Shown here: positions 1-10,425 of the stretch, in pieces
Position numbering within the stretch: the first letter of the stretch is position 1
How the letters are laid out: the number at the start of each line of letters is the position of its first letter
Notes under the pieces: model-generated
Told to the model about the DNA's origin: nothing
Database searches by the model: none
Seen by the model: only the letters and a program-made list of their open reading frames with translations
Made by a program: the position numbers and the translations under genes
IMG/VR virus record: IMGVR_UViG_2718218133_000001
Length of the DNA: 64,000 nt
Strand: one strand, 5' to 3'
Origin: a virus
Taxonomy: Duplodnaviria; Heunggongvirae; Uroviricota; Caudoviricetes

Positions 1-71
1 CCTACCGTTTCGGTTTAAGTTTTTCTTCCAGTTTCTCCAACAGGAAAAACGCATAGGATTCAGTAAGCCTT

Positions 72-953
72 TCAGCGTCCTGAATCGGTATACCCCCATA
101 CAAAACCAGGTTGGACACTAAGGTCTGATAGCTTTTCAATCCCCACCTGTGGAATGAAGTCGGTAGCCCGAAAGGGCACCCACAGACGGGTATACGCACC
201 CTCTGTGGACTCCTTTGTATCCTGGTTTGGGCATTTGTGCGGCGGGAGACGAAGACGCATTTCGCCTTTATCGATGTAGCACGGTAAACCATGTTCGAGC
301 TTTTCATGAGCCAGCCGGATGTGTGCCGCCAGCTTCATAAATTCAGTATCAATGGCCATCCGTTTGATCGTTTCATAACGACGCTCAGCCTGCTCTTCAC
401 GAGTACCGCTAACATCGTTATAAAGTTCACACTGATAAGCGAATTCCCAAAAACGCAAATCAACGATCGCTTCTTTGAATTCCGCGTCGTCTTCAGGTGG
501 CAATGCTGCTCGGCGCATCTCCAGCATTTCCATTGCCCAACCATCAAGCGGCACGATACGCCATTGATAAGGCACGCCCTCTACAGACACCTCAATATCG
601 TCAATGAACGGTTCCACTTCCAGGACCTGGATATCTTCAGCCAGAGCATTCATATCGCAATCGTAATAATGCTCTTTACCGCAATGTTTACAGGTGTAGG
701 TAAATGTCTCGATCGGTGTTTCGCGGGAGCCAGTAAATATCCACCATAACGCGGTAATCCGGTCCTGTGCCGTCCATTTCAGTGGATCATGTTTCGCAGC
801 TTCAGCCAGCAAGGCTTTTAAATACGCTGTTGTCTGCTGTTCTTGTTCCTCCGGTGTTATCGAGTTGAAACGCATCGCATCAGCAATATTTGGCTGACGG
901 AACTGGATTAATTCAGTTGGCCGCGATGGTAGCGGGAAAAGGGGTAAAAGCAT
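72..953 (-). CDS. hypothetical phage protein in virion/morphogenesis block (P1 pmgB-position by synteny)
   Basis: 293-aa ORF, first of three tightly packed minus-strand ORFs; no motif recognised. Confidence 0.45.
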   Translation of the reverse strand: MLLPLFPLPSRPTELIQFRQPNIADAMRFNSITPEEQEQQTTAYLKALLAEAAKHDPLKWTAQDRITALWWIFTGSRETPIETFTYTCKHCGKEHYYDCDMNALAEDIQVLEVEPFIDDIEVSVEGVPYQWRIVPLDGWAMEMLEMRRAALPPEDDAEFKEAIVDLRFWEFAYQCELYNDVSGTREEQAERRYETIKRMAIDTEFMKLAAHIRLAHEKLEHGLPCYIDKGEMRLRLPPHKCPNQDTKESTEGAYTRLWVPFRATDFIPQVGIEKLSDLSVQPGFVWGYTDSGR

Positions 954-967
954 CCTTGCTCCTTAAT

Positions 968-1579
968 TTAAAGCGAAAAACTAAAGCCCAGAAGGGAAGC
1001 TAAAGAACTTGAGGATTGGTTAAACGTGCTGTGCAACGCGAAGGTCATTGGGAATGACTTAAATTCCGTAACCTGATCCCGCGCATAGGTGACATCGCCG
1101 GTAGTGACCGGGAATACCGTCATCTCATTTTCCAGTTTGGTTAAACCGGAGGACAGCAACCGATAAATACGCACATTGAGCAAATATTTAGACGGTATAT
1201 TCCCGGTACCGTCCGGATTGATCACCCGACTTTTTGCCGTCTTAAACCAGTCCAAAACGAGGCCATCAACGGTATCCCTGACCATCATTGTTATCTGCCC
1301 AGGCGAACGCTCCGTTGGCTGAAGGATATTCCCTCCGCCGATTTTAATCGTTTCATATTCGATGCTGTAATCGTGGTAGGTAATGTCTTTAGCAAAGAAG
1401 TCTGCCCCCTCCAGACCATCAACTTCGACAGAGAACTGCCATCCTTGCGCGAACAGCATTTTGTTCATGATGATTGACGTCAGCTTACCAACTTCCCGCT
1501 CACCAACGCCGGAGCCAAATAATGTCGTCGTTAATGCCGAAGATACATAAGACTTTACTGAAGCAACATTAAGCCCCAT
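968..1579 (-). CDS. putative virion protein (possible tail tube, P1 tub position)
   Basis: 203-aa ORF 14 bp from the next gene; size and position fit a tube protein; assignment by synteny only. Confidence 0.4.
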   Translation of the reverse strand: MGLNVASVKSYVSSALTTTLFGSGVGEREVGKLTSIIMNKMLFAQGWQFSVEVDGLEGADFFAKDITYHDYSIEYETIKIGGGNILQPTERSPGQITMMVRDTVDGLVLDWFKTAKSRVINPDGTGNIPSKYLLNVRIYRLLSSGLTKLENEMTVFPVTTGDVTYARDQVTEFKSFPMTFALHSTFNQSSSSLASLLGFSFSL

Positions 1580-1589
1580 ATCAGCCCCC

Positions 1590-2201
<612 letters not shown>

Positions 2202-2350
2202 CATTTGTTCATTGAGTGGGAATATTGCCGTCCGGGAGTAATATGGTATCATTAAGTTAGAGTAGGTAGTGTAGATGGAATGAGGAGTATCATATGGTTA
2301 TCACACAATCAGGTTGCTTTGAGTCAGGTTGTTTTGAGTAAAACAATAAA

Positions 2351-2377
2351 ACGCCCTTTAATGGGCGTATTTTTTTA
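2351..2377 (+). terminator. hairpin (ACGCCC..GGGCGT) followed by T-run; left boundary of the AT-rich island
   Basis: stem-loop plus T7 run seen in sequence. Confidence 0.4.
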
Positions 2378-2386
2378 GGATTTAAA

Positions 2387-3280
2387 ATGCATTCTTTACA
2401 GAAATACATAAAACATAAATATACTCACTTAACTTTTTTTCTCTCATTACTTTTCTTCATGATATTTGAATCTCGAGAAGATATTATCAAGAAAACATTA
2501 TCTTTTTCTCTCGATGAAGTTTTACCATTCTTAATGTTTGCGTTCTTCTCCGCCTTTATCAGCATAACGATAAAGGAAAAGATAGCAAAAAAATACCCAG
2601 AAACAAACGATGGGATTACCATTATAGCTTTAATCTTTGGTGTAACGCTATATAGTGTATTTATATTATATTATTTATATGGTGATGTATACCAATCCAC
2701 AATTGCTTTACTTATAAGTTCTGTGCTACTTGGTTCTGGGTGGTGGGTTCAGGCTACTGTGAGTAAAGTAGCCGCAAGAAAATCACACACCTTAAATACA
2801 CTAATGAATCAAAGAAACAGTGAATTATTTCACAAAAAAGTCTCATCGGTAGCGAATACGTTCGGGCTTAGAAAAACCATAAATGAAATTATTGCCAAAC
2901 AAAGACTTATCCCAAATGATAAAGATTTAAAAAATAAAAAGGTCCATGATAAATACATATCAGCAGGTAATGATATGTTCTTCGTTCTTAATTATTATGA
3001 GTTTATCTGTTCAGGAATAATAAATGGAGACTTTGATGAAGATTCAATGAGAGAATGTCTTGGACAAATTGTTCCAGGTCTCGAAGTTAGAGCATTTCAT
3101 TTTATAAGAATTGCAAGAGAAATTTCAGGGAGTAGCTGCTTCTGTAATTTTGTTGCTGTTTCAGATAAATGGTCTACTAATGGAGGCTCTCTTATTCTCA
3201 GACACGAGAAAGGAGAACCTGTGATCAATAACCTGACCCATTGCTTTGAAGAAACAGCCTGTTATAACACAACATCTTAA
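2387..3280 (+). CDS. integral membrane protein (about 4 predicted TM helices) with about 150-aa cytoplasmic C-terminal domain of unknown function; AT-rich cargo gene
   Basis: 297-aa ORF, AGGA RBS 7 nt upstream of ATG, hydrophobic N-terminal segments, strongly AT-rich codon usage unlike flanking phage genes. Confidence 0.6.
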   Translation: MHSLQKYIKHKYTHLTFFLSLLFFMIFESREDIIKKTLSFSLDEVLPFLMFAFFSAFISITIKEKIAKKYPETNDGITIIALIFGVTLYSVFILYYLYGDVYQSTIALLISSVLLGSGWWVQATVSKVAARKSHTLNTLMNQRNSELFHKKVSSVANTFGLRKTINEIIAKQRLIPNDKDLKNKKVHDKYISAGNDMFFVLNYYEFICSGIINGDFDEDSMRECLGQIVPGLEVRAFHFIRIAREISGSSCFCNFVAVSDKWSTNGGSLILRHEKGEPVINNLTHCFEETACYNTTS

Positions 3281-3331
3281 TATTTTGTAACCCATAATCG
3301 CTTTATGGGTTACGTTAAATTTGCAATAAAA

Positions 3332-3808
3332 TTAATCGCCGCGCTTTAAGCATCCATCGTTTTTAGCTTGTTGATATAATTTACTTAGCCCAGAAAGAGG
3401 AAATGTGGCAATTTTTTCATTATCAACATAAGCATCGATCGCATTAGCATTTGAATCTGCTGCATCTTGCCAAAAGGCATACCACCAAGAATCTCCAACC
3501 ATTGACCCAAGATTGCTAAAAGGGTATTGCTCACCATCTAATGTTAATACTATTTTACTCTTGTCAGCATTATACTCTTTTTTATTATTCGACGACCTTA
3601 GCAACAGGCCTAAACTACCGGCACTATCTGGTGATCCATACATGAAACCCATATCACATAAAAAACTTATCTTATCACCATTTTGATTATGGATTGTATA
3701 TTCTCTCCCCCCTCTATCTTCAATTACATTCCATTGTAGAGGATCAATTTTTGCAAATACTCCTGCTGAAATTAACGATACAAATAATAAAAACCATCTC
3801 ATATTCAT
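3332..3808 (-). CDS. secreted/periplasmic protein with N-terminal signal peptide (MNMRWFLLFVSLISAGVFA)
   Basis: 158-aa ORF in AT-rich island; signal-peptide-like N-terminus; 22 bp downstream of the membrane ORF on the same strand. Confidence 0.55.
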   Translation of the reverse strand: MNMRWFLLFVSLISAGVFAKIDPLQWNVIEDRGGREYTIHNQNGDKISFLCDMGFMYGSPDSAGSLGLLLRSSNNKKEYNADKSKIVLTLDGEQYPFSNLGSMVGDSWWYAFWQDAADSNANAIDAYVDNEKIATFPLSGLSKLYQQAKNDGCLKRGD

Positions 3809-3830
3809 TTTTTTCGCTTCTTATCTGTAA

Positions 3831-4181
3831 TTATTCTGCAATATCATTTGCCCATTGCACGGCAGCAAAATGAGTGCCCAAGCCACTCAGGAAAGCAATT
3901 ATTCCCAAAACAATACTAGCTGCTGTTGATTCAAACAAAGCACCAATGCTATAGCCAATAGCTCCCCATACTAAGCTAAAGACAATCATCAATGGTATTG
4001 CCAGAAATTTTATTCTTAAACTAAAAATCAGTCCAAGAAATGAACCGCCAAAGGCCCACCATGATTTAGACATTAAACCTATCAGTATTGACAGAATTCC
4101 TATTTCAATAAAGAGAATATTAGATTGCTCTTCATTGAATTTCGCATTTGTTACACCTTTACGAACATGTTCAGATGACAT
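3831..4181 (-). CDS. small integral membrane protein (about 3 TM helices)
   Basis: 116-aa ORF, hydrophobic stretches, AT-rich; forms a two-gene operon with 3332..3808. Confidence 0.5.
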   Translation of the reverse strand: MSSEHVRKGVTNAKFNEEQSNILFIEIGILSILIGLMSKSWWAFGGSFLGLIFSLRIKFLAIPLMIVFSLVWGAIGYSIGALFESTAASIVLGIIAFLSGLGTHFAAVQWANDIAE

Positions 4182-4327
4182 GATTAACTATCTCCAGCCA
4201 CAGATAAAACGCCTTAAAATAACATTTTGTAGCACAAAGTTTCACCATGCAATGGTCAAAGTCTTTGATCCATATCAATTAGAGTTATACATTTTAGTTG
4301 CATAGCTAATAATTTATACGGACACAA

Positions 4328-4344
4328 ATTGCTCTAATTATTTT
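4328..4344 (+). promoter_or_regulatory. C1 repressor operator (ATTGCTCTAATTATTTT), Op51-like, upstream of c4/icd/ant
   Basis: match to P1 C1 operator consensus ATTGCTCTAATAAATTT. Confidence 0.55.
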
Positions 4345-4539
4345 GTTTTTTTAGTTTCATATGCTACATTAACTCGCTTGCGTGCTAATGCATTTTCGGT
4401 TTATCCTAAACAAGCATCTTAGTAAAACGGATGCCGGGATTGGAACCCCGGATAATGCAAAAGGCGACACAGACGCCAAAAGCGTCTTTTTTATGTCATG
4501 CCATCGCACAACCATACGTAGCACATAGCTACGAGATCA

Positions 4540-4640
4540 ATGGTAGTGCTGGCTGGGCTGCCGAAAGGCAGGCCGGTTCCCTTTTGCGCCGGTAGTTCCA
4601 ACCCAGTCAGTGCTACCGCCATTGAGATTGGAACCTCACG
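4540..4640 (+). ncRNA. c4: probable c4-like antisense immunity RNA region (immI)
   Basis: position between Op51-like operator and icd as in P1; structured GC-rich leader; boundaries approximate. Confidence 0.3.
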
Positions 4641-4677
4641 CGGTAGCTCCTTAAATTAGCAAAAGGAGGCTGCCATT

Positions 4678-4899
4678 GTGGCTACTATCCCTACCCCAAC
4701 TCATCCTGAATTTATCTGGCGCTTTTACTCCTGCCAGAAACGTCACTATCACTTCGTTATTGCACCGACAGAAGATGAGGCTCGCTCTCAGCTTCCGGAT
4801 GCACCCTGTATTTTCTCTGCCCGCTTTTCTACCGATTCGCGCAATTCTCTCAGTTACTGGAGCCTCCCTGTTAACGCTTCTGCTCAGGAGGGACTATGA
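4678..4899 (+). CDS. icd: Icd-like cell division inhibitor, translationally coupled to ant
   Basis: 73-aa ORF with GTG start after AAAGGAGG RBS; stop overlaps ant start; matches P1 immI organisation. Confidence 0.5.
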   Translation: MATIPTPTHPEFIWRFYSCQKRHYHFVIAPTEDEARSQLPDAPCIFSARFSTDSRNSLSYWSLPVNASAQEGL

Positions 4900-5987
4900 G
4901 AACGTCATTAGTCACCCGTGAAGAGATGATCGAGGCAATTGAACAGCACACTGCCTGTATCAGTACCAGGGATATACCAGGCGTTATTGCCAACTACTTC
5001 ATGATCACCAAACAACTTTACCGGAGAAAGGACAAGAACGCGGTTCACCGTATCCTGTTGTCTGATATCCGCGAATACCTGCTCGAACAGGGTCATCTGA
5101 ATTACGCAACCGTCGCAGCCGAAGCACGCAAGGAGGCACACAGAATGAAAGCAAATAACGTTAAATTAGAAAAAATTCATGCACCTTCAGTTCAGGAATC
5201 AGAGCTGGTGGTTGCTCAAAATCAGCCTGATGAAATTCCCGTTCTGGAATGGCTGGGAGTACGTGTAGTGACAACTGAGACTCTTGCTAAGGGGTATGGG
5301 ACCGATGAAGCGAATATTCGTAAAAATTTGTCTCGCAACCCCGATCGCTTTGAAGAAGGTAAGCATTACTATCTCTTAACTGGTTCAAAATTAAAGGAAT
5401 TTAAAAGGCTAGTGACTATTAGTCACTTGGTTAGCAAATATACAAGTCAGGTAATTCTCTGGGCCGAGCGCGGCGCTGCACGCATGTCTAAGATCGTGGA
5501 CACAAATGAAGCTTGGGCATTCTTTGAAAAACTGGAAGACAGCTACTTCCGGCAAAAAGAACAGCAACCGGTCGCAATCCCCCAAACATTACCAGAAGCC
5601 CTACGCCTGGCTGCCGAGTTAGCAGAACAGAAAATGCAGTTGGAACAACAGCTGGTGGCCGCAGCCCCTAAAGTCGATTTTGCCGACCGGGTATCAGTGG
5701 CCAATGGAATCCTGATCGGGAACTTTGCAAAGGTCGTTGGACTTAAGCAAAACGCCCTTTTCTCATGGTTGCGCCAGAATGGCATTCTCATGGCTTTTGG
5801 AGCGCGCAAAAACGTACCGCGCCAACAGTACATCAACGCCGGGTATTTCACGGTGAAAGAAGTGGTGCTGGATGATGAAAATGGCTACCAGATACGGCTG
5901 ACGCCCCAATTAACGGGTAAAGGCCAGCAGTGGTTAACTCGCAAGCTACTTGATGCTGGTTTGTTAAAACCAGTAGCAATAGGTTAA
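4896..5987 (+). CDS. ant: antirepressor Ant (KilAC-type C-terminal domain)
   Basis: 363-aa ORF; C-terminal about 130 aa is paralogous to the kilA C-terminus. Confidence 0.7.
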   Translation: MRTSLVTREEMIEAIEQHTACISTRDIPGVIANYFMITKQLYRRKDKNAVHRILLSDIREYLLEQGHLNYATVAAEARKEAHRMKANNVKLEKIHAPSVQESELVVAQNQPDEIPVLEWLGVRVVTTETLAKGYGTDEANIRKNLSRNPDRFEEGKHYYLLTGSKLKEFKRLVTISHLVSKYTSQVILWAERGAARMSKIVDTNEAWAFFEKLEDSYFRQKEQQPVAIPQTLPEALRLAAELAEQKMQLEQQLVAAAPKVDFADRVSVANGILIGNFAKVVGLKQNALFSWLRQNGILMAFGARKNVPRQQYINAGYFTVKEVVLDDENGYQIRLTPQLTGKGQQWLTRKLLDAGLLKPVAIG

Positions 5988-5998
5988 CAAAAGAAAAA

Positions 5999-6025
5999 AA
6001 CCTGCCAGCAAACTGGCAGGTTTCT
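5999..6025. terminator. hairpin CCTGCCAG..CTGGCAGG flanked by A-run and TTTCT
   Basis: seen in sequence after ant stop. Confidence 0.45.
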
Positions 6026-6066
6026 GAGCAGATCGTCCAACCCGATCTGGATCGAGTCAGAAAAAT

Positions 6067-6082
6067 TTGCTCTAATAAATTT
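6067..6082 (+). promoter_or_regulatory. C1 operator (TTGCTCTAATAAATTT) upstream of kilA-repL
   Basis: consensus match. Confidence 0.5.
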
Positions 6083-6151
6083 CGTTTTCTAAGTGCAAAG
6101 AATCACCATTTCGAGCTGGTGATTGAAGGTTGATGCAAATTTGGAGAAAAA

Positions 6152-6952
6152 ATGCAACAAACATTCAATGCGGATATGAATATATCAAACCTTCATCAAA
6201 ATGTCGATCCTTCAACCACTCTGCCTGTTATTTGTGGTGTTGAAATTACGACCGACCGCGCTGGCCGTTACAACCTTAATGCTCTACACAGAGCGAGCGG
6301 ACTCGGTGCCCATAAAGCGCCAGCTCAATGGCTAAGAACGCTGTCAGCCAAACAGCTCATCGAAGAGCTTGAAAAAGAAACTATGCAGAATTGCATAGTT
6401 TCGTTCGAAGGCCGTGGCGGCGGCACTTTTGCCCATGAATTGCTCGCTGTGGAGTACGCAGGCTGGATTTCTCCCGCGTTTCGGCTGAAGGTAAACCAGA
6501 CATTTATCGACTATCGAGCCGGAAGATTACAACCTGCTATTCCGCAGAGTCTCCCTGAAGCTCTCCGTTTGGCTGCCGACCTGGCAGAGCAAAAGCAACG
6601 GCTGGAGCAAAAAATGCTTATGGATGCACCTAAAGTCGAATTCGCCGAACGCGTTGCTACCGCCAGCGGGGTTCTAATCGGCAACTATGCCAAAGTGCTC
6701 GGCCTGGGCCAAAACTATCTCTTCACCTGGTTGCGTGATAACGGAATTCTGATCGCAACCGGTGAACGCAGGAACGTCCCCAAACAAGAATACATATCCC
6801 GTGGGTATTTCACCCTTAAAGAAACCGTGATCGATACAAGCAATGGAAGCAGGATTTCTTTCACGACTCGTATAACCGGCAAAGGTCAGCAGTGGCTGAT
6901 GAAGCGATTGCTTGATGCTGGTGTGCTGGTACCTGTCGCAGCAACGCGCTAA
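6152..6952 (+). CDS. kilA: KilA (KilA-N/Bro-N N-terminal domain + antirepressor-type C-terminal domain)
   Basis: 266-aa ORF directly upstream of repL as in P1; C-terminus paralogous to Ant. Confidence 0.65.
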   Translation: MQQTFNADMNISNLHQNVDPSTTLPVICGVEITTDRAGRYNLNALHRASGLGAHKAPAQWLRTLSAKQLIEELEKETMQNCIVSFEGRGGGTFAHELLAVEYAGWISPAFRLKVNQTFIDYRAGRLQPAIPQSLPEALRLAADLAEQKQRLEQKMLMDAPKVEFAERVATASGVLIGNYAKVLGLGQNYLFTWLRDNGILIATGERRNVPKQEYISRGYFTLKETVIDTSNGSRISFTTRITGKGQQWLMKRLLDAGVLVPVAATR

Positions 6953-6981
6953 CAGACGTAGTAAGAACCACCAGCATTGTA

Positions 6982-7827
6982 ATGCTGGCTAAAGTCACTT
7001 TCCTGAGCTGTATAACGATGAGCGATTTTACTTTTTCTGGCTATGAATTGGCCTGCTTTGTAACACACTCCGGTCTATCCCGTAGCGCCGGGCATATCCT
7101 GTCGCAATGTGCAAATCTAGCGGCAACAACCAGTGAATACTTCATTCACAAGCCTCACCGCCTGATCGCGGCAGAAACTGGTTATAGCCAATCAACCGTC
7201 GTTCGTGCATTCCGTGAAGCTGTAAACAAAGGAATTCTGTCTGTAGAGATTGTTATCGGCGATCACCGTGAACGTCGCGCTAACCTGTACCGGTTTACAC
7301 CATCCTTTTTGGCCTTCGCACAACAAGCCAAAAATGCGCTGATTAAAAGCAAATTAAAGATCTCTTCAGCGGCAACCAAGGTTAAAGCTGTTCTCGCTAA
7401 GACATTGTCTTTATTTAATTTTTTATCCACACCCCCATGTCAAAATGATACCCCCTCCCCCTGTCAGGATGACGTGGCAATAAAGAATAAGAAGTCACAA
7501 GTTAAAAAAACAAAAAGATCAGTTTCCGGCGGTGCCGGAACGACCAGATTCAAAAAATTGACCTCATGGATCGCTGAGGCAAAAGCAAAGGCTGACAATC
7601 TGCGGTTATCCAAAAAACGCGCTCAAAAACATGAGTTCAAGCAGAAAGTAGAGGCGGCAGCGCGGAAATATGCTTACCTGAAGAACAAGCGTTCTCCTGA
7701 TATTAGCGGGGTATCAAACTTCGATAATCTGCCGCATTGCATGACGGTAAACGAAGCTCTTAATGCGGTTTTAGCCAAAAATAAAGATAACGAAAAATGG
7801 GGTATACCGGCAGGATTCAGAGGGTGA
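6982..7827 (+). CDS. repL: RepL lytic replication initiator
   Basis: 281-aa ORF following kilA, P1 lytic replicon arrangement; lysine-rich central region. Confidence 0.7.
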   Translation: MLAKVTFLSCITMSDFTFSGYELACFVTHSGLSRSAGHILSQCANLAATTSEYFIHKPHRLIAAETGYSQSTVVRAFREAVNKGILSVEIVIGDHRERRANLYRFTPSFLAFAQQAKNALIKSKLKISSAATKVKAVLAKTLSLFNFLSTPPCQNDTPSPCQDDVAIKNKKSQVKKTKRSVSGGAGTTRFKKLTSWIAEAKAKADNLRLSKKRAQKHEFKQKVEAAARKYAYLKNKRSPDISGVSNFDNLPHCMTVNEALNAVLAKNKDNEKWGIPAGFRG

Positions 7828-7830
7828 TAG

Positions 7831-7845
7831 ATTGCTCTAATCTGG
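7831..7845 (+). promoter_or_regulatory. C1 operator-like half match (ATTGCTCTAATCTGG)
   Basis: partial consensus match just after repL stop. Confidence 0.3.
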
Positions 7846-8091
7846 AGTCACCTGGCGTTTTCAGTTTGAGGTCGGAGATGCAATCTGATTTTTTACAGTT
7901 AGCGATTACTTTTTGCAGGGCATCGTTGAGACATATCCATATATAAAAACCCAAAGCCAGATCAAAACTTGTACTGATAAAAACACAGCTAACCATCACA
8001 ACTTGTAACGTTTATAATTAGTAAAAGAGTGATACATTGCTACTTTTACATATTTTTTGACTTAATTCATGGATAGTAATGGAGATGCATA

Positions 8092-9147
8092 ATGACTTAT
8101 GCTGGCACACAAACAGCAGATAACGCCGGGGATACCATGAAATCATATGCTATTTGGAATAATAAAGGTGGCGTAGGAAAGACCTACTTATCTTTCGCTA
8201 TGGCCTGTGAATACGCAAGGCAAAATCCAGAAAAGCGTATTATTTTTGCAGATATGTGCCCGCAGGCTAACTTATCTGAAATATTGCTCGGCGGTAACGG
8301 TACTGGTGCTGCTAACCTCGCGAGCTTAATTCAACAACGAAAAACTGTCGGTGGGTACTTTGACAGAAGAACTCGCAGCCCCCACATGCTTACCGGTTCA
8401 GAAACAAGTTTCTTAATTCATGTCTCTGAAATTAACGAGCATGTCCCTGACAATGTATTTTTGATTGCAGGCGACCCAAGCCTGGAAGTTCAGGCGCAAG
8501 TAATCAATCAGTTAAGCAGCGTAAACTTACCAGTTGACTCATGGAAAAGCATCCACCTGTGGCTACGAGATTTGCTTGTTGCATGTGCACAACAACAAGG
8601 TATCGAAGAAACCATTTGCTTTATTGATTGCAATCCCAGTTTCTCTGCCTATACCGAACTATCACTGATAGCAGCAAATGCAATTATAATACCTTGCTCA
8701 AGTGATGGTTCTTCGGCTCGAGCAGTGGATAACCTAAGCCAGTTGGTTTATGGCGTTGGAGTACAAAACGATTATCGTTCTGTTAACTTTTACGATCGGT
8801 GTCAACAGTTTGGTCTAGCGGTTCCTGTCATTCATTCTCTAGTTTTTAATCGTTCGACAGAGTATGACAAACGAGCAAGTAAAGCGTTTTCGGCAATGTT
8901 CGACGAAATCAGGGATAGAGCTGAAAATCTGCGGACGAATAAACCAACAGCGTTCCAAGGCGGAAATTTAAAAACGTTTACTGTGCCAGATAACCATTCC
9001 GTAGCTATAGTATCTTCCCATCTAGGAAGACCTCTATTTGATATAAAACCAGGCAGATATCAGATCCATGACACTGAGCCACAAATCAATAATGAACCAT
9101 TAGAAAGATATGGTGCAGCAATCGAACGTCTTGTTCAGAGTTTATAG
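8092..9147 (+). CDS. ParA/Soj-family deviant Walker-A ATPase (KGGVGKT), no adjacent ParB
   Basis: 351-aa ORF, GGAG RBS, Walker A motif near N-terminus; occupies the P1 rlfA position. Confidence 0.65.
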   Translation: MTYAGTQTADNAGDTMKSYAIWNNKGGVGKTYLSFAMACEYARQNPEKRIIFADMCPQANLSEILLGGNGTGAANLASLIQQRKTVGGYFDRRTRSPHMLTGSETSFLIHVSEINEHVPDNVFLIAGDPSLEVQAQVINQLSSVNLPVDSWKSIHLWLRDLLVACAQQQGIEETICFIDCNPSFSAYTELSLIAANAIIIPCSSDGSSARAVDNLSQLVYGVGVQNDYRSVNFYDRCQQFGLAVPVIHSLVFNRSTEYDKRASKAFSAMFDEIRDRAENLRTNKPTAFQGGNLKTFTVPDNHSVAIVSSHLGRPLFDIKPGRYQIHDTEPQINNEPLERYGAAIERLVQSL

Positions 9148-9171
9148 TGGCTTATCTCAGTCATAATGGCT

Positions 9172-9206
9172 AAAAAAAGGCTGCAACAGAGGTTGCAGCC
9201 TTTTTA
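9172..9206. terminator. bidirectional intrinsic terminator (AGGCTGCAAC..GTTGCAGCCT, A-run upstream, T-run downstream)
   Basis: seen in sequence between convergent genes. Confidence 0.6.
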
Positions 9207-9216
9207 TAAAATTACA

Positions 9217-9504
9217 TTAACAGACTGGTAGCGATAGTAAATTATTATTCCATCGATTGTCTGCATACGTTCTAATAAACTGCCTTCCACCATTACCAGG
9301 ATTAACAACCCCAACTTCTACACGATTACCTGCATTATCTGTTACATAGAATGTATGGAGATTATTATCAATAGCATTAATTACCTGCTCAACAGTCCAT
9401 TTCCCATTGCTAGTATTAAATTGAGGACTTCCCACATGAGTAATATGCTCATGGATTGATTGCGAGCCGGAGAGGGTAATGCAAGTAATGCGTACATCAG
9501 CCAT
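9217..9504 (-). CDS. DUF3892-like small phage protein (likely start MADVRIT)
   Basis: ORF-track ORF trimmed to internal ATG; sequence pattern recalled as DUF3892-like. Confidence 0.45.
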   Translation of the reverse strand: MADVRITCITLSGSQSIHEHITHVGSPQFNTSNGKWTVEQVINAIDNNLHTFYVTDNAGNRVEVGVVNPGNGGRQFIRTYADNRWNNNLLSLPVC

Positions 9505-9792
9505 ATATGCTTCCTTTATTCTATAGATTATAGGAATTGCGTCGTCCAAAAAACAAACAACACAATAACAATAAAGAAACATACACACAACAAAAACTAA
9601 CGCTATTTATTGATAGATTTGCCTGATGAATGCTAGCTCTCTTTGCTACCTAGCACTCAAACAAATAACAGAAGAAAGCCCCAGATAACATTACGCGTCC
9701 TGCAAGACGCTTAACATTAATCTGAGGCCATATCTATGCTTAGCATATCTAGATTAACCCTCTCCCCTTTTAAGGAGCAAGGAATTTTACTG

Positions 9793-10425
9793 CTATGCCG
9801 CCTTTCCAGTTATGGATTCTGCGACAAGAACAACCCCATGCTTACTTCGATCCGGATGTTCACTCCATATCTCGGATTCAGGAATACTTTTCCCGTCATA
9901 GCAAACACGTTCGCCATCAAATGGGTAATACTGAGCAGTATCGGTGTCAAGGATAAAAACTTTTAGTTCGGAAGAACGACGAGCGATGTGCTGCCAAAGA
10001 GCCTTTCCGCCTTCGTATTGCTCATTGTCACTTAGCAAAACAACTCCGGCTTTTGAAGCTACGGTTTCATAAACAAAAGTGGCTAAACCGACATCCCGGA
10101 CGATTCCATCAACCACGATACCTTCAATCTGGGCAACATCGTTATCTTCCCAGAACTTCCTCACCAGTACGCCTTCAAGCTGTGGGCGACGTTGAAGTTC
10201 AAGAGTGGCGACAACCTTATGGCGCATATCACCATCGATAATAGAAGGCGCAGCCTCTATTACAGCTGCAAATGGGGTTTTGGAATCCCATATAACCTGG
10301 TAAAGCACACCCTGGATGGTAACTCCGTCCAGGATCGAAAATCGACGAGCGACAGTACCCGGGGAGTACGACATTGGAATCACAGCCATTTTAGAGTCCC
10401 CCTTTAACAGTACAGGCACAAACAT
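9793..10425 (-). CDS. hypothetical phage protein
   Basis: 210-aa ORF (alternative start MAVIPMSY at 10389). Confidence 0.45.
   Translation of the reverse strand: MFVPVLLKGDSKMAVIPMSYSPGTVARRFSILDGVTIQGVLYQVIWDSKTPFAAVIEAAPSIIDGDMRHKVVATLELQRRPQLEGVLVRKFWEDNDVAQIEGIVVDGIVRDVGLATFVYETVASKAGVVLLSDNEQYEGGKALWQHIARRSSELKVFILDTDTAQYYPFDGERVCYDGKSIPESEIWSEHPDRSKHGVVLVAESITGKAA

Noticed and set aside
2-749. ORF-track ORFs 2..307 (-), 291..749 (+) and 335..547 (-) overlapping the 72..953 gene
   Set aside because: Nested in or antisense to a longer ORF that fits the operon; low-complexity or Cys/Arg-rich translations.
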